35,459 nt of DNA, taken from NCBI RefSeq assembly GCF_006345805.1, contig NW_021836750.1:1-35459 (forward strand), read 5' to 3'. Positions 1-10,832 of the stretch are shown one piece after another; the stretch's first letter is position 1; the number at the start of each line of letters is the position of its first letter. The notes beneath the pieces were generated by a model. The model was given only the letters and a program-made list of their open reading frames with translations. It was not told the DNA's origin and did no database searches. The DNA comes from Octopus sinensis (Eukaryota). Both the position numbers and the translations under genes were made by a program.

Positions 1-388
1 TGTTTTATCCATTCATCGAAGTGAATGGAGCCTTAGTTAGCCAACGTTCATCGGGTGTTTCGATCCTGAACCGTAACACCCTTCCGTTGGTGGGTCAGCA
101 GAAGTGCCGAAGTCACTGCTTCTCATCTCCTGGCTTCCAGCTTAATTCTTCTCTCTTACTCCAAAGCCAACAAGGGGCAGTTTCGGCCGCCTCTCCCATC
201 CTACGCACAGCCATACTTCACTCCTTACCTCTCATTCCAATGCTCGTAAGCATCCTCCATGCCGACTGAACAAGGAATCCCCTACAGTCAGCCTCGACTG
301 GGAAAAGCCATACCACCCATTACTTCTCCCTGCAATCCTGCAGAAGGGTCTCAAATCTGGCACGCTTCTGTTCATGGGCCTCATCACA
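1..388 (-). mobile_element. 3' end of a HERO-like RLE non-LTR retrotransposon (decayed ORF end 388-113 plus 3' UTR)
   Basis: Manual minus-strand translation of 388-113: CDEAHEQKRARFETLLQDCREK*WVVWLFPVEADCRGFLVQSAWRMLTSIGMRGKE*SMAVRRMGEAAETAPCWLWSKREELSWKPGDEKQ*. This matches the RLE C-terminal pattern EAHE.K..KY / PVEVGCRGF / EAAE.AS.WLW.KR. Two in-frame stops; 5'-truncated. Clade assignment is from motif recollection. Confidence 0.85.
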
Positions 389-1084
389 CGAAAACAAAAA
401 CATCTCTTCCGTGTCGTCAACACACATACACATATACAGAATACACATACATATAATGAATGTCATGGCATAAAAAATGAATATAAATACACGTCCGCTA
501 TCTGTAACATACACACACACACTGTCTTTGCGCTCTCTAAGAAAAAAAAAGTCGACTTTTTGACGTACACAATATCTTAATCATTTAGAAGTATTTTTAA
601 CTGAACGTGATTTCATCATCCGGAGTTCGTTAATTTCCGTAAAATTCAGTACTATTTACGTGACTGACCTGGAAACGAATTGAATCACCGGTCTAGAATA
701 TCTATGCAAATAGTGTGAAGTCTATTTGCTGGTGTTCTTCGGCGTAGCATATGAAAAACAAAATTAAATATCCGAAATAAAAGGAGGTCTGATAATGTAA
801 ACATTATCGGTCGCACATACATAGTGTATGTGCTTTGTTTATACGCCAGTTTATTGCGGGGTTACGCCCTTGGAAAGGTCCCTGCACGAGGCCTGTTGTT
901 AAATAACACCGGGTGTCCCAGACAGGCGAATGCAATGTATATTATCACAGGTGATATTTGAACGTAGAACTCTACGAGAATATCGTGTAGGCGATTCTAT
1001 CTGACCCTCTGTCTCAATTTGAGCCAGCCACTTGGATATCGGAATGAGGAGAATGAGAAGTAGAGCAAGGGTAACTCACAGAAA

Positions 1085-1602
1085 ACAAAAATCAACAACA
1101 GCAACACCACCATGAGCAGCAGCAGGAACATCTGCAGCAGCAGCAGCAGCCGCAACAGCAGCAGCAGCCGCAGCATCCGAATACACATAAAAGGAAATAC
1201 GAAAACCTACAACAGCAAGCAATAAGAAAACAAAAAGAAAACCATCAATAAATAATAAAATGTTAACAACAGTAGCAACAGCAACAGCAACAGCAGCAGC
1301 AGCAGCACGGCACCATCACCACCACCACCACCACCACCACCACCACCACCACCACCACCATCACTACCACCACCACCACCACCACCACCACCACCACCAC
1401 CACCACCACCACCACCACCACCACAACAACAACAACAACAGCAATAATGACTACGTCAAAAATAACGCCAAAAGATAATGAACAACACAATAGATAGTGG
1501 AATTATAATACATATATATATGTGTATATATATACATATATATGTATGTATATATGTATATGTATGTGTGTATGTATGTATGTATGTATGTATGTATGTA
1601 TG

Positions 1603-1690
<88 letters not shown>
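1085..1690. repeat. Compound microsatellite (CAA/CAG)n-(CAC)n-(TA)n-(TATG)n-(TAGA)n
   Basis: Directly visible; source of the poly-His and poly-Val pseudo-ORFs. Confidence 0.95.
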
Positions 1691-1924
1691 ACATGAACTT
1701 AGGCACTGCATTTATATTTTATCTAAAATAGAGACTTTAACTGTTGAAAGTGTACAATCCCTCATCAGGTTGCTGATGTTATGACTTTATATAATTATTG
1801 CATTATGTCACTAAAGCAATCTTAAAGAAAGCAGCGCAAATATACAAAGAAAATATTGAGAATTTACCTGACATATATGTAAATACATATGTATACGGTT
1901 AGGCAAATATATGTAAAATATTTT

Positions 1925-2148
1925 GCTTAAGCTTTTCGGTTCCGGTAGAGCATAGGATATCTACAACTTTTACTCCACTGTTCTCAACTGTGGTTCTCTT
2001 TTTGGCTTCTCTCCAATTGGAGCTCTATTTTTTTCAGCTCTGCGTCCAGCTATTTTAATGGCATCCTCTTTTCCGCCTGCCCTGTGCGCTTCTGATTAGG
2101 GCCTGACGTGTAATGCAACATTTTGTCTTCCTTTTGGTATACTGCATG
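1925..2148 (-). mobile_element. RTE-clade LINE 3' end relic
   Basis: Frameshifted minus-strand translation ITRQALIRSAQGRRKRGC..NSW / DAELKKIE..WREAKKR / KVVDILCSTGTEK resembles the RTE C-terminus (RQAL.WNPQGKRKRGRP..TW...V..LCS). Confidence 0.7.
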
Positions 2149-2149
2149 A

Positions 2150-2435
2150 TATGTTTCCCTGAGAAAATACACCGAAAAATGGCGAGACAGCAGCAAAAAA
2201 AATCGTAAAATATAGGGATTTTCATAGAAAAAAAGCACCATTTTGGTGTAAATAATTTTTGGTTTTAACATGGTCCGATTTGAATTTTTTTTCTACGGAA
2301 GGAAGAGCAAGCCTTTTTCTATCATACTCTCAATTTTGGTCAACTTGCGCCGTAGGGTCTCGGAGGAGATAGTGTGAGTTGAAGGCTACCAAACCTGCTA
2401 CACACACAGACAACTTCAGCTTTATATATATAGAT
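2150..2435. mobile_element. Non-autonomous Helitron-like element fragment (Lep1/HINE-like layout)
   Basis: Ends CAATTTTGGTCAACTTGCGCCGTAGGGTCTCGGAGGAGAT...ACACACACAGACAACTTCAGCTTTATATATATAGAT, the short microsatellite plus CTTTATATATATAGAT terminus seen in such elements. Recognition from memory only. Confidence 0.5.
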
Positions 2436-3164
2436 TATATTTATACACTCATGTATATAACTAATTTACATATGCTTTGATGCTGATAACAACCACCAAT
2501 CCGTTTTTCTTCTATTTTATTTTATTTTCATTTGCTCGACCGATATATTTCCTTTATCCAACTCTTGTTTATCTGGACTACATCTTCCATGAAATTATGT
2601 TGGATTTTAGATATTCTATCTAGTGTGAACACTAATCTGTTCGTATCTATTTTACGCCTTTTGACGTATTGTTACTCATTATATGTAAGATATAGATATA
2701 TATTCAATTATCTGTATGTAAGAACTCTGCTTTGCCTGCGTGTCTTCGTGCGTTCGTGTGCGTGTACGCATGCACACGCATGAGTAGAGAGAACAGTAAA
2801 TAGTTTTCACACATACAAACACATACACATATACATGCAAAAGTACATGTATATATTGTAATATTATAAATGCAACTATGTTCGAGTTTAATTTGTAATA
2901 TAGCATACTGGAAAAGGAAGCTGTTCGCACTTTTCCATCATCACTCACACACGCTTGTTCACGCACATGTGTACATGCACTTTTAATGGACGCATTTACC
3001 TTATTTGCAACAATGGAATCCTGCCTTCACCAATGAATTCATCTCATTTCCATATCGAGTAATTTGTAATTTAACTTTAATAAAATTTCACTGTGATAAA
3101 AACCCCAAACCACGTGAATGCGCACGCACGCTCACACATGAGTATGCGTTTTTGTGATACGTAA

Positions 3165-3224
<60 letters not shown>

Positions 3225-3233
3225 ATATCTATA

Positions 3234-3269
<36 letters not shown>

Positions 3270-3271
<2 letters not shown>

Positions 3272-3806
3272 AACAATTGAGGGTAAAATTAATTAATTAT
3301 CATTTCACCAAGTATTCAGTATGGAAAGGGACCATTTAAGGCGATTCAAATTATTACATTATATAAAAGGGCTTAGTAAATAAATTACTTTGCCGCATAC
3401 TGAACTCATTAGAAATAGCAGCTAAAAAACTTTTTAAACTATTTCCAACTTAAAGAAACCTCTCTCATATGTATTTGCTCAATTCAACTCACGAAAGTAT
3501 GGGGAAGAGACATTAAAAAAATCAAATGCAAGGTTATTTGAGAACGTACGTTTCAAGATTAGTCAAACCGACATTTCTATCTGAAGAAATGTCGGTTTTG
3601 ACTAATCTTGAAACGTACGTTCTCAAATAACCTTTGCATTTAATTTTTTTAATGTCTCTTCCCCCATACTTTCGTGAGTTTGAATTGAGCAAATACTATA
3701 TGAGAGAGGTTTTCTTTAAGTATGGAAATAGTTTAAAAAGTTTTTTTAGCTGCTATTTCTAATGAGTTCAGTATGCGGCAAAGTAATTTATTTTACTAAG
3801 CCCTTT

Positions 3807-3813
<7 letters not shown>
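3270..3813. mobile_element. Foldback element in (TA)n: ~220-bp inverted arms (3359-3578 / 3585-3813), 6-nt loop, ~90-bp unpaired leader; possibly Penelope pLTR-derived
   Basis: Arms are reverse complements around ...ACATTTCT ATCTGA AGAAATGT...; (TA)n on both sides. Confidence 0.85.
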
Positions 3814-3846
<33 letters not shown>

Positions 3847-3848
3847 GT

Positions 3849-4200
3849 ATATTATTCAAAGGAATTCCAACTCTGTCTGCTTTTTATGTTTTATTTATAT
3901 TCTTTATAATATTAATGTAGAATATAGAATATATAGTATAAATAATATATATATATAGTAAAATGAAATGAAATATTGATTGTCTTATTGAATAGATGAA
4001 ATATTGAATATCAAATATCAAGGGACTAGTAAACTTTCTTGCATTATAGCAGTCTTCAAGGTCCCAGGTTGTGACAGGAGTGTTTCATTTTACTATATAT
4101 ACTATTTATACTATATATTCTATATTCTACATTAATATTATAAAGAATATAAATAAAACATAAAAAACGGATAGAGTTGGAATTCCTTTGAATAATATAT
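3849..4200. mobile_element. Foldback/MITE-like element with ~120-bp inverted arms (3849-3968 / 4083-4200) and ~115-bp spacer
   Basis: ATATTATTCAAAGGAATTCCAACTCT... versus ...AGAGTTGGAATTCCTTTGAATAATAT; adjoins (TA)n. Confidence 0.8.
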
Positions 4201-4632
4201 ATCCCTCTATACACAATCATACAAACCCCTTATTATTTACACCCACACCCACACCCACACACACACACTCACATATATATGCTGTATGTACGCATACCTC
4301 CACCTGGACACACGGATACGCTCACAGGATGTGAAAAGGACATTTAATAAATTGATGAAACAAAACTCTAATCTAGCAGAAACCAAGTGTGGTTTAATAA
4401 ATTACATTTGATTTTTGCTAGATTTAATAAATATGTGTTCGATAAGTTTATTCTTATCAACTCGCCTTCCGCTTTTTTGACTGCTTCAGCGCAGAACCAG
4501 AATGGTTGACATACTCGCACTAAATGGTCCTTGTTCATTTCGAACATTATTTGGACAATTGCAGCTTTCAGTGATGCTATGGTAATAGGAGAATGTCATT
4601 CAGTCTTCGTCTCAATCAGGTTCTAAACATAG

Positions 4633-4742
4633 GTGTTAGTTTACCTTATTCCGGGAATCCAGGGCATAGGCCTGGATTCCCGGTTTCTTTGGCGTACACA
4701 CACACACACACATACACACACACATACACACACATACACACA

Positions 4743-4809
<67 letters not shown>

Positions 4810-4982
4810 GCGCACACAGGACATACTTCTCTGTGTCTCCATCAACCAAATCCACTCACAAGTCTTTGGTCGGCCCGAGGTTATTGTTGAAGTAATTTGC
4901 CCAAGGTGTCACAGAGTGGGACTGAACCCGGAACCATGTGGTTGAGAAACAAACGTATATCTACCCAGCCACACCTGCGACT
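4633..4982 (-). mobile_element. Diverged SINE A head (4820-4982) + (TG)n (4696-4808) + non-A tail with 13-bp hairpin
   Basis: 4845-4980 aligns to the SINE A head (CCAAATCCACTCACAAG...GGGACTGAACCCGGAACCATGTGG). The tail ACGCCAAAGAAACCGGGAA resembles the tail of the 26073-26351 copy. Confidence 0.7.
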
Positions 4983-5069
4983 GATATTGATAAACTAAAT
5001 TTGCTGTCGTAAGCCGGAGTTCATGTAACAGATTGTTCCATCTCACCAAAATTCTATGGCCTTGTATTT

Positions 5070-5655
5070 GGCGAGCTGGCAGAATCATCAGGACGACTCT
5101 TTACTCTTTACTCTTTTACTTGTTTCAGTCATTTTACTGTGGCCATGCTGGAGTACCGCATTTAGTCGAGCAAATCGACCCCAGGACTTATTCTTTGTAA
5201 GCCTAGTACTTACTCTATCGGTCTCTTTTTTCCGAACCGCTAAGTTACGGGGACGTAAACACATCAAAATCGGTTGTCAAGCGATGTTGTGGAGACAAAT
5301 ATAGACACACAAACATACACACACATACACACACACACGCACACACACACACACATACACACGCACACACATATATATACACATATATACGACGGGCTTC
5401 TTTCAGTTTCCGTCTACCAAATCCACTCACATAGCTTTGGTTGGCCCGAAGCTATAGTAGAGGACACTTGCCCAAGGTGCCACGCTGTATGACTGAACCC
5501 GGAACCATGTGGCTTGTAAGCAAGCCACTTATCATACAGCCACTCCTACGCCTGGTAAAATACCTTGTGGTACTTGTTTCGGTTTTTAACTGTCTGAGTT
5601 CAAATCCTGCCGTCGACTTTGCCATTCGTTTTCTTCCTTGTTAGTAAAATAAACA
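5070..5655 (+). mobile_element. Old SINE B split by a SINE A insertion (pieces 5070-5095 and 5553-5655)
   Basis: GGCGAGCTGGCAGAATC head before the insert; CTGAGTTCAAATCCTGCCGTCGACTTTGCC after it. Confidence 0.75.
5096..5552 (-). mobile_element. SINE family A, full length
   Basis: Reverse complement of the 5666-6087 copy; (AAGAGTA)n-type tail; internal TA/TG microsatellite. Confidence 0.93.
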
Positions 5656-5665
5656 GTCAGATATA

Positions 5666-6087
5666 GGCGCAGGAGTGGCTATGTGGTAAGTAGCTTGTTT
5701 ACCAACCACATGGTTCCGGGTTCAGTCCCACTGCCTTGCACTTTGGGCAAGTGTCTCTTACTATAGCCTCGGGCTGACCAAAGCCTTGTGAGTGGATTTG
5801 GTAGACGGAAACTGAAAGAAGCCCGTCGTATATATGTATATTTATATATATATATATGCGTGTGTGTGTTTGTGTGTCTGTGTTTGTCTCCGTAGCATTG
5901 CTTGACAACCGATGCTGGTGTGTTTATGTCCCCGTTACTTAGCGGTTTGGCAAAAGAGACCGATAGAATAAGTACTGGGCTTACAAAAGAATAAGTCCCG
6001 GGGTCGAGTTGCTGGATTAAAGGCGGTGCTCCAGCTTGGCCGCAGTCAAATGACTGAAACAAGTAAAAGAGTAAAAGAGTAAAGAGT
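5666..6087 (+). mobile_element. SINE family A, full length (tRNA-derived head, CORE-like TTGGGCAAGT motif, internal microsatellite, AAAGAGT tail)
   Basis: A-box-like TGGCTATGTGG, B-box-like GGTTCAGTCCC; several near-identical copies elsewhere in the window. Confidence 0.93.
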
Positions 6088-6734
6088 GTATAGAAGTGGG
6101 TGGTATGAAAAGGCGATTCTGCACAGTGGTATCGAACCACGAAAACAACCACTGCAGTTGTGAAGTGCACTTCTGGAAGATGAACAAAAGCAACAACGTC
6201 TGATGTAGTTTTACAGAAAGAAAATATTTTTTTGGATTTCTTTCAAATAGTTCATTACGATTTTAAGAAGCATTTACATCTCTGAAGTTTAATCCGCTGT
6301 GTCAATTCAATGCCGAGGAATCTTGTCTTAATCCTGTTTCTGTGACAAAGGCTGTTCAGTTGATTTTTGTTCTATTACAGAAACATCATTTCTGTGTGTC
6401 TTCCTTTCTAAAATGTTAGTTTTCTTTTATCTCTTTCTATTGAATGACAGAACTTTTGATTTCTTTATCTATATATCTCCTTTTGCATTTTCTCCTCACC
6501 ACCTACGCTATGCGTAGTTGTTTTAAGTTTTACGTGGGTTTATGATTCATCTCCGGGTCTGAGATGTCTTTTAAATATTATGACAGCTACTAGCACATTA
6601 CGTGGTAGGAACGGGAACTGGCAGCTAGCGTTAAGAATTAAATACATGCCATTTACAGCACAAGTTCAATTCCAGATCACGGCTGTTTTAGGTTTATCAT
6701 TCGTCTTTCTTTCCTGAACTGTTTTCAAATATTA

Positions 6735-7145
6735 CTCTTTTACTTGTTTCAGTCATTTGACTGCGGCCATGCTGGAGCACCGCCTTTAGTCGAGCAACTC
6801 GACTCCGGGACTTATTCTTTGTAAGCCTAGTACTTATTCTATCGGTCTCTTTTGCCGAACCGCTAGTGGATGGGGACGTCAACACACCAGCATCGGTTGT
6901 CATGCAATGGTAGGGGGACAAACACAGACACACAACACTACACGCACCACACACATATATATATATACATATACCATATATACATTATACGACGGCTTCT
7001 TTCAGTTTCCGTCTACCAAATCCACTCACAGGCTTTGTCGGCCCGAGGCTATAGTAGAAGACACTTGCCCAAGGTGCCACGCAGTGGGACTGAACCCGGA
7101 ACCATGTGGTTGGTAAGCAAGCTACTTACCACACAGCCACTCCTG
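6735..7145 (-). mobile_element. SINE family A (3' part of a composite insertion 6735-7367)
   Basis: Matches other A copies but lacks the first few nt. 18-bp direct repeat AACTGTTTTCAAATATTA at 6717-6734 and 7368-7385. Confidence 0.92.
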
Positions 7146-7167
7146 AGGTGAAAGAAACCATGTACGG

Positions 7168-7367
7168 TTTCTTTATTAGCCACAAGGACCCAAAATAGAG
7201 GGGGGATAAACAAGGACAGACAGGACACCACAGAAGGGGACAATACATAGAATGAATATGATGAGATGATTATACAACAATGGGGTTATGAATGGCTGCA
7301 TGCACCCCTCATCACATGCATTACCATTAATCTTTTTAAACTGGCCGTTTTTATCATATATTTACAT
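7168..7367 (-). mobile_element. Probable LINE 3' UTR end sharing its terminus with the SINE B tail
   Basis: Minus strand TGTCTGTCCTTGTTTATCCCCCCTCTATTTTGGGTCCTTGTGGCTAATAAAGAAA aligns to the SINE B tail; sequence upstream of it is not SINE B. Confidence 0.6.
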
Positions 7368-7893
7368 AACTGTTTTCAAATATTATGTACGTACGTATAC
7401 ATATATACAAATATTATGACAGCGGCCAGTGGTGGATAGCTTTATCAATTAAATACGTCCCATTCAGAATACACATCCAATTCCAGCCCACAGCTATTTT
7501 AGGTTTTCGGTGGTTTATTATTCACCTTCTTGCCTGAGATGTCTATAAAATATTGACAGCAGCCAGTAGAGTGCGCGGTGGAAACAGTGAGTGGTAGAAA
7601 ATTCTATGGATTAGATTCTTACAGTTTACAATTCCTTTGGGTTTCATCGTTCCTTTGGTTTAATTACTTTGATTTTCACCGTTCTGGTGCGACGATAAAA
7701 TAAAGTACCAATTTAATATTGGTACTTTAACTTGTCGATTCTTAAAATTTAATCTATTGTTTCTTCCCGTAATTTGTGGTTTTGAGTAAAAGTTTTACGA
7801 GAAAATATTAGGAAAGTAATTACTAAAGGTTGTAACAGACAGTGAATTATACATACTTAGCCCCAGAATAGACGTGATCCTACGAAACTTCTC

Positions 7894-7964
<71 letters not shown>

Positions 7965-8014
7965 AAGCGTTTGTTTGTCTTATTCTACATATATATGTAT
8001 ACGCACGTACGTAC

Positions 8015-8047
<33 letters not shown>
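7894..8047. repeat. (TATC)n and (TATG)n microsatellites
   Basis: Directly visible. Confidence 0.95.
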
Positions 8048-8048
<1 letters not shown>

Positions 8049-8059
8049 CATTATTTAGA

Positions 8060-8745
8060 TTTATTTCAAGATTTCTTGCCAATAGAGAAAGAGCCGGTTT
8101 CTAATCTAGATCTAAGGTTTCTTCATTGGTGTTTTAACAATATCAACAGGGCATTTTTTCTATGCATGTATGTGTGTGCGTGTGTATGTATGTATGTATG
8201 TATGTATGTATGTATGTATGTATGTATGTATGTATGTGTATGTGCAAATTTTTATGTTTTGTTTTATGTATGTATTCTCACGCATATAGTTGCATATCTA
8301 GACATGCTTATACGTACTTAAATGATAAATTTTTGAGAAGTTTTAACGATTCTTTTGTTCTAATGGTTTGGATCCATAGTCTTCGAATCAGCTTTCTCAT
8401 TTCTGGTTTTGAGGAGCCTAATTTCTCAAGATTGGTATTTATGCAGTGTGTTACATATCTTAGTGTCCCAATGATTACAGGTAGAAACCCGAACTTGTAA
8501 TCTGGATAGAGTAACTGCAAATTTTTCAATAGTTCAGTGAAGGTATTTCCTTTTTCGCTCATCTTTAGTTTTATGTTAACATCCGTTGGGCAGCTGATTT
8601 TCCACAACTGTATAGTTTCTCTTCTTATCCCCAAAAGGTATGTCAGGTTTATTGTGTTCACATTTTATTGAGGTTTTCGCTGAGACTTCTACCAGTACTC
8701 GTACTCCTCTTCATCATAAGTAGTTATGACTTCCACCATACTGTG
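8060..8745 (-). mobile_element. 5'-truncated R4-like RLE non-LTR retrotransposon: endonuclease relic (~8308-8715) plus 3' UTR containing (TACA)n
   Basis: Minus strand KCEHNKPDI..DKKRNYTVVE / ISCPTDVNIKLKMSEKGNTFTELLKNLQLLYPDYKFGFLPVIIGTL, the PD..(D/E) RLE motif with frameshifts (ORF 8308..8661). Confidence 0.85.
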
Positions 8746-8761
8746 GATTCTCTTTCTTTTG

Positions 8762-8767
8762 CATATA

Positions 8768-8801
<34 letters not shown>

Positions 8802-8878
8802 TGCATATATATATATATTATATATATATATATATATAATTATATATATATATATATGCTATATATATATATATATGC

Positions 8879-8927
<49 letters not shown>

Positions 8928-8988
8928 TATATATATATATATGTATATATATATTGTAATGTATATGTGTGTATAGATATATATATCT
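8762..8988. repeat. (TA)n microsatellite; further (TA)n at 9655-9938
   Basis: Directly visible. Confidence 0.95.
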
Positions 8989-8989
8989 A

Positions 8990-9655
8990 ATACAAAAATG
9001 GTACAAGAACGCAAAACATCCAGACAGACGATACAAGGAAACAACAGACGGGTCGTTCGAAGTTTTCTATCCTCAGTCGAGTTCCAGATTATCTTTGCAA
9101 TTTCGGCTGGTCATACTCGAGATTGCTCCAATCTGGCCAGCCCCAAGGAAAAAAATAAGCTAAGAGCATTAGATTATTATTGTACGAAAACAAGGACGGA
9201 AAAAAACAGGGAAATGTGTTATACACATGCAATTACTAGGACATAACAACAGGGGTCTTTCGACTAATGACGAATTAAATTAAGCTGGCGTGTGTGGAAG
9301 TAAAGCCTTAAGGCAGGGGCATAGAATTTAACCGTCACAGGGAGGAATATAGATGTTGCACGGATAGTAGTCGAACCAAGAAAGAAAGGTCATGCCTGGC
9401 CGAACATCGGTCACGTGGGGAGAGAAGAGAAAGAGGTAGAGGCGGAGAGATAGAAGAATTAAGGAGGGGGCGAGAAAAAATGAAAGAGACATAGGGAAGT
9501 GTAAGAGGAGGGAAAGTGAGCATGAAGGGAAGGCTAGGAAATGTGAGAGAAGGGGAACGAAAGAATGAAGAGTGGAATGAACGAAGTGTGAAAGGGCTGA
9601 TAGGAAGAAGGAAAGAATGAAGGAATACAAAGAATAATAGAGTCGTACAAAATTT
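8990..9655. mobile_element. Dispersed repeat 'family C' in (TA)n; related truncated copies at 10262-10320 and 10885-11001
   Basis: All three begin AATACAAA..GG.ACAAGAACG.AAAA.AT..AGA; 9050-9110 and 10938-11000 share GACGGG.C.TTCGAAG...TCAGTC.AG...GCA.TTTCGGCTG. Class unresolved, possibly Penelope-derived. Confidence 0.65.
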
Positions 9656-9710
9656 ATATATATTATATATATATATATATATATTATATATCTATATAGT
9701 ATATAGATAC

Positions 9711-9741
<31 letters not shown>

Positions 9742-9800
9742 ACATATAATATATAATATATATATATATATATATATAGTATAATATACATATATATACA

Positions 9801-9838
<38 letters not shown>

Positions 9839-9873
9839 ATTATGTATATATATATATTGTATATATATATATG

Positions 9874-9932
<59 letters not shown>

Positions 9933-9950
9933 ATATAATAATTCCATTAA

Positions 9951-10181
9951 GGCGGCGAGCTTGCAGAAACGTTACCACGCCGGGCGAAATGCGTAACCGT
10001 ATTTCGTCTGCCGTTACGTTCTGGGTTCAAATTCCGCCGAGGTCGACTTTGCCTTTCCATCCTTTCGGGGTCGATAAGTAAGTACCAGTTACGCACTGGG
10101 TCGATGTAATCGACTTAATCCATTTGTCTGTCCTTGTTTGTCCCCTCTATGTTTAGAGCCCCTTGTGGGTAGTAAAGAATA
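9951..10181 (+). mobile_element. SINE family B, full length (tRNA-like head; central GTCGACTTTGCCTTTCATCCTTTCGGGGTCGAT domain resembling Meta/MESC; TAAAGAAATA-type tail)
   Basis: B-box GGTTCAAATTCC; many copies in the window. Domain name is from recollection. Confidence 0.93.
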
Positions 10182-10319
10182 ATATATATATAATATATAT
10201 TATAATATACTTACATATAAGAGCCAAAGTGTACATACGCCGCTATATTTTATATATATAAAATACAAAACGGAACAAGAACGCAAAATATCCAGACAGA
10301 TGGAGTTTTCTATCCTCAG

Positions 10320-10350
<31 letters not shown>

Positions 10351-10384
10351 TTGATGCATACGCACACACTCATACACACACGCA

Positions 10385-10425
<41 letters not shown>

Positions 10426-10436
10426 CTCTCTCTCTA

Positions 10437-10832
10437 ACACTTTGAACTCTATATCAAGCTATATGTAAAGAATACTTCAAAGAAAAATCTCCAGACATGT
10501 TCTTAACCTCCCAGACAGAAGGTAAACTGTTTCTATTTCAAATTTTTTATAAATTTTAACTTATATTTGATAAGATGAGATACATCGAAACCGTTAATAT
10601 TTTCTTTATATAAGGTTGTCCCAAAAGTTCGTAGAAAGTCCTGGAAAATAATGGTCTTTATTTTGAGGAATAATTTTTGTTGTTTTTGTTAGTACTTGGC
10701 GAGTAAAAATTCAATTTTCGCAAGTGTTTACGAACTTTTGGGACAACCTAATATAATATTTAAAATAATTTTTATTGAATTCTCTCTAAATTGAGATGTC
10801 ATAGACTTACTTCTGTGCTATTTCCACCTCCC
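10437..10832 (+). mobile_element. Possible Penelope-like 3' end/pLTR relic with decayed hammerhead motif (10561-10600), interrupted by a MITE
   Basis: ATAT-TTGATAA-GATG(AGATA)CATC-GAAA-CCGTTA-ATAT has minimal type I hammerhead topology with 3 substitutions. Upstream CKEYFKEK..HVLN weakly resembles a PLE ORF end. Confidence 0.45.
10611..10751. mobile_element. Tc1/mariner-type MITE, ~141 bp
   Basis: Perfect 21-bp TIR AGGTTGTCCCAAAAGTTCGTA (10613-10633 / 10729-10749), mariner-like TTAGGTTG terminus, TA on both flanks. Confidence 0.88.

Larger units (their letters stand above)
6521..7600. repeat. Degenerate ~165-bp tandem repeat (about 3 units) interrupted by the 6735-7367 insertion
   Basis: Recurring CTGAGATGTCT..AAATATT(AT)GACAGC, AATTAAATAC and CAATTCCAG..CAC.GCT.TTTTAGGTTT motifs at about 6559-6695 and 7410-7562. 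Confidence 0.65.

Noticed and set aside
1260-1490. Poly-His and poly-Val ORFs (also 32353-32787)
   Set aside because: Trinucleotide microsatellites with no flanking domain or splice evidence.
5274-7151. Recurring peptides such as DGLLSVSVYQIHSQ...EDTCPRCHAVGLNPEPCGW that suggest a gene family
   Set aside because: Antisense translations of SINE A copies.
9030-9150. Hammerhead-like pieces on the minus strand of family C (CTGAGGA...CGAA; GGCTGG...CCAGCC-GAAA)
   Set aside because: The core and cleavage triplet cannot be assembled into a canonical fold.
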